Below, piece after piece: positions 1-15,000 of a stretch of 64,000 bases of DNA. Position 1 is the stretch's first letter. Every line of letters begins with the position of its first letter. This DNA comes from Mizuhopecten yessoensis (lineage: Eukaryota): contig NW_018408386.1 of the NCBI RefSeq assembly GCF_002113885.1, forward strand, positions 13,957 to 77,956. Reading direction: 5' to 3'. Position numbers and translations under genes: made by a program. Below the pieces are notes generated by a model. The model worked only from the letters and a program-made list of their open reading frames with translations. It ran no database searches and was not told the DNA's origin.

Positions 1-184
1 TTGTGTCTTCATTTTTTTCTTCAAAATTCACTACTTTTTACATAAATTTCCATTTAAAATCCAAAAATTCAGACAACCTATATTTTTTTTGTGGCAGAAA
101 ATTTTCTTTACTTCGAAGCAATATATAACTACAAAATTTGAAGAAATTCTACTGAGAAATGGTGACACAATCCTATTACCTTAA
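1..184. mobile_element. Terminus of non-autonomous DNA transposon (Kolobok-like), partial
   Basis: Ends ...AAAATTTGAAGAAATTC...ATTACC|TTAA, the CC+TTAA terminus typical of Kolobok-type elements; other end not visible. Confidence 0.3.
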
Positions 185-1670
185 ACCACTCTCCAGATAT
201 CAACGACTATAATACGATAGTGTGCCCTCCCACTAAATGCCGTCAGGGACAAGCTGAGGAGCGCACGATGATGCAACTGCAAACTGCACTAGATTCATCA
301 GGCAAGTCGCAATGACTTTCTTTCACTAAATGCTGCGAAAAACAACTGATTTGTAGGCTGCTCCCGTTCCCGGACGCCTCCGGGAGATCAGAGTTGGTTA
401 TTCTGATACTTGCCAATGGAGGTATCTAACGGTGAAAGACCAGGGCCCCTATCGCGTATACGGGTATAAATCCTGCCGGACCTGCAACTGTTTGTACAGG
501 CCTTGCATGGCTTTGTCAAGGCTCGCCTGAAAGCAGCATCAGATTACTATGCCCGATCTTATTTCATAAACGAACAACTCTGGTTAAACCAGTTCAACCG
601 TTTGAATCGCGATAAATGATTGTGGCCAAGTACTTGGCAGACTGAAGCTCTGATCCGATGACGACACAATCATCTCAAGACTTACTCGTTCCCGGGACCA
701 GTTTCGGATGTTCTTATGCTACTGAGTGTACCTTGGTTAAAGTATGTACGATGCAAGAAACCAAAGCTGCTTTCTTGATGATGTCATTTTCACTGAATGG
801 CCAAACAAATGCCTTCATCAATCTGTCTTTCCTTACTCCTTCGCAGAATGTTCAGCCCAAAATTGTTTTGTAGCCCAAAACTCCTTAATCAACAACCAAT
901 AGTCCAGGGTCAAGAAACTCAGCAAGGTAAAGGTCGGCAAGGTCATCCAGGACAGGCTTCGCTCCCAAGGGTCAGAACTAACAAGTTCCAATGATATCTA
1001 GCGTAAAGAATAGTCACTGTGTGTAACAAGGATGTATTTTATTCAAGAAACCTGATACATTCATAGGATCGATGTTCTGCCCATCTTAAGAATAAACCTA
1101 ATCTGAAATATTTTGTAATAAAAGAACAACGGGTTTGTTCGTCTAGGCAAATTTTGGCCATTGCAATGATTTTGGAATCTATACATTCAATAAATTTTAG
1201 CGTGTGGGTATCTTTGAGGTATCTTATCTACATGGGCAACCCGCGAAGATTTCTTTCGCACCTACTGTCAAAGTGGCAAACACAGAAACAAATATTCAAT
1301 CATTCTTGTGGAGGACATGAGATTGGCCCACATTACTTGTTACACCATCCCAGTAACTTCTGGATGTGTCTAGTTACCTGAACACAACAGTACTAAACTA
1401 CTAGACATAAACGGACAACACAAACCGGAACAAGTCACAAACCAGTCTAACACGGAAGGACAATGTGCTTCTCAAATCAATAAGGGCCCGTATTCATCCT
1501 CAAACTCAGATTCTGTGCTCAAGGTCAATTTCTTGTGCTGGTGATAAACGAATAATACAAAAACCCAACTTGTCCATAATTTGGATGAATTTTGGAGAGA
1601 TACAAACCCAGCCAAATACTATCACATGATTTAAGCGAGAAACAAGAAAGTCGGTTTTGAGCACAGAGTT

Positions 1671-1979
1671 CGTGCTTGAGCATGAGAACAGTGTATCGTG
1701 CTTGAGCATGAGAACAGTGTATCGTGCTTGAGTATGAGAACAGTGTATCGTGCTTGAGCATGAGAACAGTGTGTCGTGCTTGAGCATGAGAACAGTGTGT
1801 CGTGCTTGAGCATGATAACAGTGTGTCGTGCTTGAGTATGAGAACAGTGTGTCGTGCTTGAGTATGAGAACAGTGTGTCGTGCTTGAGTATGAGAACAGT
1901 GTATCTTGCTTGAGCATGAGCACAATGTATCGTGCTTGAGCATTAGAACAGGGTATCTTGCTGGAGCATGAGAACAGTA
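1671..1979. repeat. 26-bp minisatellite (~12 copies)
   Basis: Unit CGTGCTTGAGCATGAGAACAGTGTAT, period 26 (1671, 1697...). Confidence 0.95.
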
Positions 1980-2569
1980 CCATGCCCCGGTCTAGTAAAA
2001 TCCTGCTATACCGTGACTTAAAAATATCGGATCACGATATTGTTTCGATTGATGTGGATATCGAGCTTATATGCACATTAAACCAATACGTCGTGAATAC
2101 ATTGTTTATCTAGAAGTGTGCAAACTTGGAACATGTCAAGGGACTCTCTAAAACTTATACGACAAGGTCGTCAAAATACCCGGCCAAGTCAGCGTATAAT
2201 GGACTGCACTAAAGACAGGTATCACAAAGGTACCGGAAATTCAATTCAAAATTAACAACAAACGACATCACCTTCAGTGGCTTTGACTTAGATTGNTTAA
2301 CGAACAGGAAAATGTCAGGACCATGGCAAATTTTGACACCAAGAAATACCCAAACTAAACAGTATTCGACAAGTCAATATGTCAACGGCATCTGTTATAA
2401 AACACTGGAAGAAGAGAAAAATAAGTCCTTCTGATGAAAATACCTAACCTATTACCTCCTTGATGGAGAAATAACAGAGACCATCAGTTGAACCTGGTAA
2501 CCTTTCATCCAATCTGCTATTTCCTTTGCCACTCAGAAGTCATGGAAAGTTTTTTTTAGTTTTTAGCAC

Positions 2570-3095
2570 ATATGACCCCTGTAACCTTTATTCTAGATGC
2601 TACTGGTGATCCTCGTCTTTTTGGTTATGCACAGTAAGTCGTTGAAAGGTTTAAAAAAACATATTTTGAAATTGGGTCAAGTCGTTCATCCCAGCATGCT
2701 ACATACCACGTATCAGTACTCTAGGACTTTTTGTTATTAAGAGTAAGTCGTCTTAATGTTTTAGCAAATTTGACCCTTGTGACCTTTTGAAATGAGTCAA
2801 TGTCATTGATTTGAACAAACTTAATAGTCCTTCATCCCAGCATGTTACTGACCAAATATCGTTACCCATTGGACTAAAAAGAAATTCTTTAAATAGATTG
2901 ACTGACGCCGTATAGACGGACGACGGACAGACGGAAGATTCCGCACTAATAATATATATTACCTGTTGGATGTTACAGAATCTTAGACTGAGATAACCCA
3001 AACTCGCTCAGTTACAGGTAATTGATATTATAAGTGCAGAATCTTCCGTCTGTCCGTTGTCCTTCCATCCGGCGTCAATCTCTTTAGAGAATTCC
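2570..3095. mobile_element. Helentron-associated (HINE/pearl-like) non-autonomous element remnant with terminal foldback
   Basis: TGACCCYTGTGACCTT motifs, repeated TTCATCCCAGCATG, GACG/GGAC microsatellite at 2915-2933; 2881-2955 is repeated inverted at 3026-3095. Confidence 0.5.
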
Positions 3096-4369
3096 CTTTT
3101 TTATTCCTTTTTTATTTCGAAAACCACAAAGTGTTGATAAAGACTACAACTCTTCCGCCTTGGGCCTCAAATATTTATGGTCTCTACACTACTAAAGCTA
3201 CATGTGAATCTTTTTTGAATACATATATCGACAAAACAGGATATGCATAATGCAGATTGTCAATTTTGAGTCGTTCACGCGCAGATGAATACGTCACTGT
3301 TTAAAATTCCGCGAAATGTCACGTCAAGGTACCAGACAGGTCGGACGAGATAAAAAAAAAATCTAGCATGAAGTCTGATGTAAGGGAAAATGTAGCATGG
3401 ATTATGACGTGGGATATCTCTGTCTGAGTGCGAGAAAACAAAGTCCTTCTAACCAAGCAATTTTTAGAATTTGTAATATAAGTGAAGTTTAGTCTGATTG
3501 TTGTGCCATCGTTATACCATTGTCACGGCCAACTAGAAAGCTAATGTCACATCCTTTATATGTAAGTGTGTCATGGCATAAAAATAGAAACAACAAAGTT
3601 TTTGTTGGTTTTGAATTTAAACAATGTCTGTGTCTCCCTAGAGACACCCTCGACTTATGTGGTGTCGTTGTAGCGTTGGCAATATATATACCACGACCCA
3701 ACCGAAATGATGATCTATAAAGATTACATACTGTACATATACGAGAAAGTCCTCGGGGCCTACTTGTTACCCAAAGTATTCGCGCGTAAATGATAACATT
3801 TTTTATGGTAAATTCAAATTAGCCTTAAACGAAAGTTTGAATTCAAGATTTATTAATTCCCTGGATTGTGGATCAATATACCGTTCGTAATTCTTGACAC
3901 AAGACACGTGGCCAGCGATGGGGCTGTGGAGTGACTTATTTTGCATACACCAGATACTTAAGGGTAAAACAGATCTCAACAGATGAAATTAATCGTGAAA
4001 CAAAGACAGAAGAACAAATAAATAAATATATATGCGATTGTATCACGAAATATTGTTGTATTATTTTGTTTGAGTTTGGGCTAGTGTAGTTATGTCTTTT
4101 TGTATGATTGAGTAAGTGCGTGAATATGCAAGCAAGCGGGTTAACGGGATTTGGTGATTGGGTTTGTGGGTTAGCGAGGAGGTTTTGTTCAATCGGTTAA
4201 TGAGGTAATACATGTAGCGACCTACCTGAATAGACAGACTGAGGCAAGAACGAATGAAATTGTTTTGTCGCTGAGGCAAAATGTTTGACTTGATGGGAGA
4301 GTTGTGTGAACTATTCGTTGTTATTAAGCTATTGATTCAAGCTGAGTGAGAAATTAAGCCGACTGGTGG

Positions 4370-4860
4370 GTGAGCAAATTAATTTCTTTAGGGTTGGAAA
4401 GTAAGTGAGAACATTTGAGTTGACTGGTTAAGGAGTAGATATAAATTTGATTGGGTTGTTAATAAGAAAGGGTTTGTTTGGTGGATGTGCGAGTAAGTGA
4501 GAGGGTTGGTTGGGGCGTGAAAGAGAAGATTTGATTTGGGGGTGGAGGGGTAAGGGTTCGTTTGGTGGGTTAGTGAGTAAGTGAGAAAAAATAGGTTGGT
4601 TGTGGAGTGAAGGTGTGTTTGTGTGTGTGTGAGTAAATGAGAAATTTTAGGTTGGTTGGGGAGAGAATTAGTGGATTAGATTGGGTGGTTAATAAGAAGG
4701 GGTTTCTTTGATGAGTTGGTGAGTAAGTGAGAAATTTTAGGTTTGTTGGGAGAGAAGCAGTAGATTTGATTGGGTGGTTGATGAGTAAGGCTTCGTTTGG
4801 TGGGTTGTTGAGAAGGTGAGAACGTTTGAATTGATGAGAGGGCAAAAGTGAGAGTAAACT
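4370..4860. repeat. Degenerate G/T-rich ~85-90-bp tandem repeat (~5 copies)
   Basis: Recurrent GAGTAAGTGAGAAA...GATTTGATTGGGTGGTTAATAAGAA...TTTGGTGGGTT (e.g. 4631 and 4721). Confidence 0.7.
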
Positions 4861-5796
4861 TGGAATGGTGACAAAGTGAAGGTTTATATTAAAGTAGGTT
4901 GGTGGTTGAGTGCACTTAGTCATTTTTAAAACATATATGAAATATACGAGCCGAAAATTTATCAGTGTTGTCGCACATTTGTGGTACACAGTATTCCCGC
5001 GGTGGAACCGAGCGAGAATATTGATGTAGATAAACTTGTATCTACACACAGACCGACAGATGATAAATCATCGTACGTTCAGTTTATATCAAATAAAAAT
5101 AAAAGGTCATTCGGGAAATTACCGTATAGAATAGTTTTCAATTTTGATAAATTTCTACATCAGATTCGCAACTGACAAACTATATATTAATATGTGTGTG
5201 TAGTAAGCGATGCTTGTCATGTCCCTAAGGGACTTTAAAACTATGGTCAAATGCAGTGCTACTTCGGGACCGCCTTCATGGTTTTCCATTGCTTAGCAAC
5301 AGTACCATAAGTGGACATCTGAAAATGATCAGACGATCAATGCACACCCCTAACATTATACCGGAGTGTCACATGAGTGCATGTCTGAGCGTGATGCGCG
5401 AGTTCTATGGCATGTCGTCATTAAATATAAATGTTAGCGGCGGTTATTTATCGCTGTACCTCATGTAATACCTACATAAGATAGGACATTTCATTGTCAG
5501 AGGAAACAGAATCATAACGACCTGTCAGATCAACAGGATACGTCTTGTCCAGGTCACGTGATCAATGCCAAGCGGGAAGGTCATCAAACAAGCTGCTGAA
5601 TCATCGAATTTACATCAAAATTCTCTCCAAAATTGTCGATTTAAAATGTGTTCTATGACGTTATTGAAAATATAATACAGTTGAAAGTTTGATTTTAGTT
5701 TGTGATACTTATAGTGTTCTTGTTTAAATGAAGTTTGTTTTACCTCGTTATGATAATTTGTGTCTGCACTGCATTGGTTCCGGTTTATCTCAGTTT

Positions 5797-5990
5797 CTGT
5801 GAAATCAGATATTTTCGTGGTACCCAAATTTCGTGGTTTCCCAAAAATTCAACATTTCTTGAGTCACTTGTACCCACGAATACGGAGAATAGCTTAAAGT
5901 CAAACCTGTAATTACTTTGTGGACATATGGATTCGTAGATGAAGAATACCCACGAAATTAAAACTCCCACAAATATTAGTGTTTTCACAG
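5797..5990. mobile_element. MITE with CTGTGAAA...TTTCACAG termini
   Basis: TIR CTGTGAAATC / GTTTTCACAG followed by TA; subterminal TTTCGTGG / CCACGAAA inverted motifs. Confidence 0.7.
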
Positions 5991-6329
5991 TATCAAATAT
6001 TTCAACTATTAAACGTTGATCTCGACTCTCTTTGCAGGATACCGCTGATACATTAGGAATGTGTTCATACCACCGATACAGGCCAACGTATTAGCTCGTG
6101 ATCTCTTAGCTAAAGTATACTGGAATCGTTATCATTGATAAATTCTGGGTCATAAGTCTTCATGTAGGATTCAACAAGAAACAAAAATATACACTATATA
6201 AATGAGGACAGTGACATCAGAAATATCACTACTCGTTAACACCGTCTTAACATTTTGAAATCAAGAGAGCATAATATCCATTTGACACCTGCGTCTTAAT
6301 CCTTTGAATAATTTCCGATAAATGAACTG

Positions 6330-6606
6330 TGTCTATCGTAAGAAAAGCAAACTATATGATTAATGCTAAATGGGCGGCATTAAGGTCAGGAACTCTTTGT
6401 CTGGCGGAGTAATATGCGCAGTGATGCAGCTATATCATTCGCAATTGTATACTGTGATTAATATCCAATACAAGTGTTGTGCCTATCGTAAGAAAAACGA
6501 ACGTATAGGATTTATGCTGACTGTGCGGCAACAAGGTCATGAACTATTTTTCTGGCGGAGTCATCTGCGCAGTGGTACGGCTATAGAATTGGCTAATTTA
6601 TACTAG
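6330..6606. repeat. Diverged ~150-bp tandem duplication
   Basis: CTATCGTAAGAAAA...AAGGTCA.GAACT...TCTGGCGGAGT.AT.TGCGCAGTG occurs twice (6330 and 6480). Confidence 0.7.
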
Positions 6607-8399
6607 ATCGCTATCTTTGAAATTCTGGTTCATAATCGGAGCAGGGACGTAGAATTTGTGTTCTGCCGACACAAATCAAAGGTATGGTCGACTAGAGAGA
6701 AGTTTAACTTTACCAAAGCCGGTATTCGGATGTCGTAATCTAATACAAGCAATAACGCTCAACTATCTCCCCTGTTTCATTTCTACCGAGTCATAAAAAA
6801 ATATCAGACCGTTAATACAGCAGTGGTACTCCTTAAAAATCAAGAACGTACGACATGTGTTAAAAAGTCGAGCAAACACTTGATCATTAACTCTCAGATC
6901 GTGAGGGTACAGTTAAATCACTTCTGTACAGCAATTCAAAGGAAGACAGATTCGGAGAAGGAATCAAACAATGGCGTACGGACCAGTTTGATTTAGGGAT
7001 GTAGCCTTTACATGCATCGTCTTGTGCAGAATCAAAAGTAAACAACATGAAAATATTATCAACATCTAATGATACGGGTCATGCATTTGGTTATGTCAAC
7101 AAGACGAATGATAATAATTAAGAATATTTTTAAAATTCATGTTCTTTTTAAAAAAAAAAAGTTATCGACTTTGAAAAAGACAAACTATTAAAAGCTACAC
7201 ACAAACAAGGTCACCACATTAATGTTGTACAAGATCACAGAAACTCTGACAAATGCAGAAATACAACTAACGTTGATGTGGTTCGACAGTGCGAACTATT
7301 CATATAGTTGACGCTACAAGTGATATGACAGATGAACACCTGATAGTTTCCCCTGAAGAGTTAGGGGATAATTATCTTATGTAAATAATGTAATGAACAG
7401 TTAGCACTCTGCTGTATCACTCTTCAACACTCATTGCCACCCACTCTACTCATTCAATGGATAACCGTGGCAGCACGAAATTGAAATGGAGAGAGCAAAA
7501 AACAATGTCTGTGTTCGTCGCGTTCACGAACATTACCGTACTTAGGGATATTTTGACGTCGCCAAATGTTGGCCCTTTTTGCTCAAAATCGGTACAGTGT
7601 AGGTTTAATTTTGGTGCGTCAAATTTTGGCGTTTGTCAATCCTGTTTACTTAATGTTGGTACTGTGAGCACACTGAGTGTACTGACACCTTCAGATGAAA
7701 ACATACACATTTTGGAGTGTTATTTATGAAGTGTGTTATTCCTGCCCGAAAATATAAGCGATTCCAAGCTTCGCTTATATGAAAATATAACCCACGAACT
7801 CAGAAAGAGATGCATAATAAATGAGTTGGAATACAGTCTGCAAATAATCAAATGTTGTGACGATATATTTTGGTATCTTAAAACTTTGGTGTGTTCAATT
7901 TTGGCTCTTTCACTCGAAACGCCAAATAAACAAAAAAATAACCACATCCAAAATATCCAATAGAACGGTATTTAGTTTTCTGACTATCAATATTCGGACT
8001 AGATAAAATTCAATCATTAGAATTACTAGTTGATACATACGATAATCTATTGCATTCATTTCAAACATAAAATAACTAGTCCGAATTGTTTCAAAACGAG
8101 CTAATCACGAGACAAAAAAATAAATAAAAAAATGTCGCTGGCCTGCACATTTTAAACACTGTCGGCTTCAGGTAAAGACTGTCCATGCTCGAGTAGAATG
8201 CGTCCCTTCGGAAAGGTTTTCAAGAAAGGGAAGTACTACCCTGCAATATATTACAAAACCTCTTACAAGACACAAAAATAAATTATATAACCTCGCATAT
8301 TTAAAACAGTATACATCAGCACTGTAGTGCTAATTTTGCGACAAATACATAGGATACAAATAACAAGAAGCAACATGTAGGTTATTACAAAAAGTTACT

Positions 8400-9010
8400 G
8401 AAGAACTGGCTAAAAGGTTTCACAGGAAACAAACTCAAACAAGTAAAAACACAGAGATCCAAACAAGCCAATCCGTTGTTTCGGTTAGTCATATTTTAGA
8501 CTACTTGGCGTCATCTCGGGGTCTCCCAGGGGGCCGTGCTTGGTCCATTCTATTTTCTAGCCGAATGAACATCATTTAAAACTCAGCTTAGCTTCAGATA
8601 ATTTCCTCATTTTCGCTTGTTTCGCTTCTTCTCTAGAAGCATTGACGGAGAAATGACAAATGCATTTCAATCCCGAGAGGTGCAAGGTCATAAAGAGTTT
8701 GGGCAGGAGACGGTCCATAACATAATGTATTTATTCCTTCATGACATCAGTTTGAAGCAGTTTACAATGAGAAGTATCGGGGTGTGCTGATATCAAAGTG
8801 TATGACGATCAACACATAAACCAATGTCTCGGCAAGGTGTACCACATTCTTGTCTCTTTCTCAGAACGGACATTGGGAGATGGACCTCACGAGTCATGAA
8901 CAACATGCACCGCACGGCAGGAAGTGCTTTGTGCTGCATCAGTGTCGGATCCCGTAGTGTCTGCAGCGATATCCGTACCAGTACTACCGGATGTGTTACC
9001 CCTATGATAG
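8400..9010 (+). mobile_element. Degenerate non-LTR retrotransposon (CR1/L2-group) reverse transcriptase remnant
   Basis: Frameshifted motifs in canonical order: GVSQGAVLGPFYFL (~8518; cf. GVPQGSVLGP), K*QMHFNPERCKV (~8650), EAVYNEKYRGVLIS (~8755), FLRTDI, AASVSDP (~8932; cf. ASSVWDP). Confidence 0.85.
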
Positions 9011-12000
9011 ATCGACTAAAACATCATGTGTTATAAAAAGCATGGAGCACTTAGTCGACATAGCTTAAACCCATTTTATGTGGCAGGCAATAGAAGCAAG
9101 AAGGCAACAAAGACTGCGACACCGATGAAGGAACATGGAAGCCAACCGATATTCCTTGTTTTAAAAAGATCAACCAAGAAATTGAACAAACTAAAAAATG
9201 AGGTAGCAACGTCAGCCACACTAGGGGAGTTAATCGCTAAGCGCAACACCATAGCTTGGTCACTCAGCATCTGGTAGACCAGCGAACTTCTGATAATGTA
9301 CATCCTTTAATTTTCAACTAGGTAGCCATTAAGGACAGCATTTTGTTTTATCAATCCTGTGCTAAATTAACTACATCTGGGTTAAGTATCACTCGGTATC
9401 TGAAAAAAAGTGTGATACACAATCGTAACGTAACATGTTCAACTAGTTTTGATAAAACGAGTTATCGGCTGATATATATCGTTGTAATTTATGTTGGGGA
9501 AAAACCGCCATAGTTTCGATGTTACGCTTGTCCTGGTATGGCGCTGCGTAACAAAACAGGAACCGCAACTCGAGACCAAGTGAAACCGTTCAGGTCCTTC
9601 ATGGTACAGATTTAGTAAACCACACTTCAGAAAGAAAGAACCACTAAGGAAATCACTGTACTGATCGCAAAACCCTCCTGGCAGTCGGAACGAGCGCAGG
9701 AATTAGCATGGATGGAATTGGAAGATTTAGTCGTACAAATAACAAATATTTATTTTCTGCAAGAATATTCAAATTTCTGCTGATACAAGTCAGGCAGGTC
9801 TAGACGCAAGCATTTCAACGACAAAGGCAAGGAGAGCTACCGACTGCGTACGCGTTCAGGTCAATGAACGAATTATGAAAGCAGATAGGCGCAGATTGAA
9901 CAAAAATCTCTTGAATTGCTTAAATACAATGCCTTCAGTATATCTCTGACTTCATATGAAACTGAAACTGAGCACAGTCCACTAGAGGATATATGTGCAG
10001 AACACTATTCAAAATCTGCCCCATAAGGATATAGCGCCTCCTTGGCAAATGATATGGTTCAAGCTGCCTCGCACACACCTGTCAAAAACACACGGTAGTT
10101 ATTGAGGGCGAGAACCCAACAAAGTTATACGACAAGAACGCGAAATAGTTAATCGATGGGTTTTTCAAGGCATGCGTCAGTCAAAAGTCAGGCAGGACAA
10201 AATCCACGAAGCTATTGACAGGGAATGTTAGCCGAAACCCACCATTGAAGAATAGCCTACACGTCGCTCAGATCTATCTCCATATTTGAACTTTCGTTAT
10301 AAGTTATCTATTATTAATGGGTTCATACTCAAAAGAACCTAACTCGTCATTCCCACGTAAGGTACCCCCTTGGTAATAGGGTTGCCAGATCTGTCAACGT
10401 TACAGCGTGAAACAAAAAGAATCGAACGTCTGAGAATCATCAGCACAATTACCATAAGATTAATTGTGTTCGTACATGTACCCGTTCTCATTGTATGGAA
10501 ACGATGAAATCACGGAATACGATAAATTATCTGGAAGTCCAATCTTTGCCAAGCTCGACACACTCGATTTATTATCGGGTCTTGGAGTACCTTACAAAGC
10601 AATGATGAACTATAATGTTCCCAGTGGCTGCTAGAAGCTTGAACATTCAAACACGTGGCCTGCAGTCGTTTTAATGATTTTTGTTGTGGTCTCTTGTATT
10701 ATAGTCAAACAGTATAGTCAATAAAATGTGTATTTATAATGCCATAAAATTCAGCTTGATCTGGGTTTTTTCTCTCCTAAAGACCAATTTAGGGGGGACT
10801 TAAATTAGGTTGTGAAAGGGAAGGTCAGTTCTTGTCACAATATCAACAAGTATAGGAACCAGCATATGTCCTCAGAGAAACAACCCGTCCATAATTTATA
10901 AATTAAGGTTAAACAAATCAGTTAATAATGGTCACCTCCATGAGGAACCGGATGATTTTAATTCACAACCGAAGTTCATCAGGACGTTTCATTTGGGCAA
11001 CACCAGGGAACGACTGCAACTTGATCGTATCCCTAGCGACCGTAAAAGTAACATCACTGGTTACTGCACCAATGTTAATATCACTACCCTAAGTAGACAG
11101 TTGTCCAGTCATTTAAGTATTTAACCAGAATAAAAATGTAAAAGAATTTAAACAAAATTCGGGAAAAAGCAGGCGTAGAAAACGGCGGAAGGGATGAAGG
11201 ACAACTGTAACAATAGCGGCTATATCAGATCAATTACAAGAAATACAATGGAACTCACGTGACATCACAAAAAAAGGAAATGCATGTGATTATTGTGCAA
11301 GTGTAGCTCACAATGAACATTAAGTGTGTCAGTTTTCATTCTCTTTAATAATTGTTTTACTGATAAAATATGTCTGCGCAGTGTATACACGCACCCAGAC
11401 CTATTGTATATATTCACCATCACTCCAATTTTAATCACTAGATTTCAAAAGGGGGGTAATTCTGAAGAACTGAAATTTGTTTTGGAATTATCATAAAATG
11501 TAATTTCAGGGCTGTCGGCTTACTCTCGGTTCCATGATAAGCCTACCATAGGCACATATTACTGTAGACATCACCAACGAAATGTGTCACCCTTCCATTG
11601 CATTTAGAACATAAAAAAACACGAGGTTATAAATTTTGAATCTCATCGGAATTATTGGCGGAAAACTTTACGTAACAAAATACAGTTACAATTAGAGGAG
11701 AAATAAACTTCCCTTTGAAATTGCTCCTTAACTACCAACCATCCACATCACTGATGGTTTCATGATGGCGAATGCCGTGACGGTGCTCCTCCAGATTGCT
11801 ACAGTGCTAGTTTGTGTCTCCGAGGAAAATTAATGTCATTATACCAAAGATGCAGAAAGCATAACTCAAAGGTTTTTTGTATGAGAAAACGTCGAAGCTT
11901 ACTTCGGATTACCAGTCTCGAGTGCGTTATATATAAAACAGTAGGTTTCAATGCTTCCCAGCAGTGATTGATTTCTTTCTTTTGAATGGAGTAATTTCTT

Positions 12001-12094
12001 TAACAAGTGGTGCCGTTATTTCATCCTGATAAATACACGACCTTCATATATACTTCACTTTAAATACCGCCAGAAAGGAATGACGTAATGATAC

Positions 12095-15000
12095 CGAATA
12101 CACGTATTGATACCACCAACACGGAGTAACGTGATACCGCCGACACGGAGTGACGTGATACCGCCAACCATGGAGTGACGTGATACCGCCTACACGGAGT
12201 GACGTGTACCGCTAAACAGGGAGGGACGTGATACCGCCTACACAGAGTGACGTGTACCGCTAAACAGGGAGTGACGCGATACCTCCAACACGGAGTAACG
12301 TGATGACGCCGACACGGAGCGACGTGATACCACCTACACGGAGAGACGTGTACCGCTAAACACGGAGTGACTAGATACCGCCAACACGGAGGGACGTGAT
12401 ACCGCCTACACGGAGGGACGTGTACCGCTAAACACGGAGGGACGAGATACCGCCAACACGGAGTGACGTGAGACCGCCAACACGGAGTGACGTGAAACCG
12501 CCAAACACGGAGTGAAGTGTCACGCTAAACACGGAGGGACGAGATACCGCCAACACGGAGGGACGTGATACCGCCAACCATGGAGGGACGTGATACCGCC
12601 AACACGGAGGGACGTGATACCGCCAACCATGGAGTGACGTGATTCCGCCAACCATGGAGTGACGTGATTCCGCCTACACGGAGTGACGTTTACCGCTAAA
12701 CACGGAGTGACTAGATACCGCCAACACGGAGTGATGGGATACAGCCAACACGGAGTTACGTGATACCGACAAACACGGAGTGACGTGTATCGCCAAACAC
12801 GGAGGGACGTGTATCGCTCAACACGGAGTGACGTGATAACGCCAACACGGAGTGACGTGAAACCCTCAACAGGGAGTGACGTGATAACGCCAACACGGAG
12901 TGACGTGAGACCGCCAACAGGGAGTGACGGGATACCGCCAAACACGGAGGGACGTGTATCGCTCAACACGGAGTGACGTGATTCCGCCAACCATGGAGTG
13001 ACGTGATACCGCCACCACGGAGTGACGTGATACCGCCAACACGGAGTGACGTGATACCGCCAAACACGGAGTGACGTGATACCGCCTACACGGAGTGACG
13101 TGATACCGCCAACAGGGAGTGACGTGATACCGCCAAACATGGAGTGACGCGATACCGCCTACACGGAGTGACGTGTACCGCTAAACAGGGAGTGACTTGA
13201 TACCTTCAACACGGAGTGACGTGATACCGCCAACATGGAGTGACGTGATACCGCCAACACGGAGTGAAGTGATACCGCCAAACATGGAGTGACGTGATAC
13301 CGCCTACACGGAGTGACGTGAACCGCCAAACAGGGAGTGACGTGATACCGCCTACACGGAGTGACGTGTACCGCTAAACACGGAGTGACGAGATACCGCC
13401 AACACGGAGTGACGTGATACCCCCTACCCGGAGTGACGTGTACCGCTAAACACGGAGTAACGTGGTGACGCCGACACGGAGTGACGTGATACCGCCAAAC
13501 ATGTAGTGACGTGATACCGCCTACACGGAGTGACGTGAACCGCCAAACAGGGAGTGACGTGATACCGCCTACACGGAGTGACGGGTACCGCTAAACACGG
13601 AGTGACGTGATACCGCCAACACGGAGGGACGTGATACCGCCTACACGGAGTGACGTGTACCGCTAAACACGGAGTGACGTGATAACCGCCAACACGGAGT
13701 GACGTGATACCGCCTACACGGAGTGACGGGGACCGCTAAACAGGGAGGGACGTGATACCGCCAACACGGAGTGACGTGATACCGCCACCACGGAGTGACG
13801 TGATACCTCCAACACGGAGTGACGTGATACCGCCAACAGGGAGAGACGTGATACCGCCAAACATGGAGTGACGCGATACCGCCTACACGGAGTGCCGTGT
13901 ACCGCTAAACAGGGAGTGACGTGATACCTCCAACACGGAGGGACGTGATACCGCCAACACGGAGTGACGTGATACCACCTACACGGAGTGACGTGTACCG
14001 CTCAACACGGAGTAACGTGATACCACCGACACGGAGTGACTTGATACCGCCAAACATGGAGTGACGTGATACCGCCTACACGGAGTGACGTGAACCGCCA
14101 AACAGGGAGTGACGTGATACCGCCAACACGGAGTGAAGTGATACCGCCAAACATGGAGTGACGTGATACCGCCTACACGGAGTGACGGGGACCGCTAAAC
14201 AGGGAGGGACGTGATACCGCCAACACGGAGTGACGTGATACCCCCTACCCGGAGTGACGTGTACCGCTAAACACGGAGTAACGTGGTGACGCCGACACGG
14301 AGTGACGTGATACCGCCAAACATGTAGTGACGTGATACCGCCTACACGGAGTGACGTGTACCGCTAAACAGGGAGGGACGTGATACCTCCAACACGGAGG
14401 GACGTGATACCGCCAACACGGAGTGACGTAATACCTCCAACATGGAGTGACGTGATACCGCCAACACGGAGTGACGGGATACCGCCAACACGGAGGGACG
14501 TGATACCGCCTACACGGAGTGACGTGTACCGCTAAACACGGAGTAACGTGATACCACCGACACGGAGTGACTTGATACCGCCAAACATGGAGTGACGTGA
14601 TACCGCCTACACGGAGTGACGTGGACCGCTAAACAGGGAGTGACGTGATACCGCCAACACGGAGTGAAGTGATACCGCCAAACATGGAGTGACGTGATAC
14701 CGCCTACACGGAGTGACGGGGACCGCTAAACAGGGAGGGACGTGATACCGCCAACACGGAGTGACGTAATACCTCCAACATGGAGTGACGTGATACCGCC
14801 AACACGGAGTGAAGTGATACCGCCAAACATGGAGTGACGTGATACCGCCTACACGGAGTGACGGGTACCGCTAAACACGGAGTGACGTGATACCGCCAAC
14901 ACGGAGCGACGTGATACCACCTACACGGAGTGACGTGTACCGCTAAACAGGGAGTGACTTGATACCTTCAACACGGAGTGACGTGATACCGCCAACATGG

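Noticed and set aside
200-1400. Coding-like composition (possible decayed transposon or pseudogene)
   Set aside because: Multiple stops in the frames tried and no motif I could recognise; needs BLASTX.
10960-11090. Possible minus-strand terminal exon (GSDINIGAVTSDVTFTVARDTIKLQSFPGVAQMKRPDELRL*)
   Set aside because: No recognisable homology and no compatible partner exons identified.
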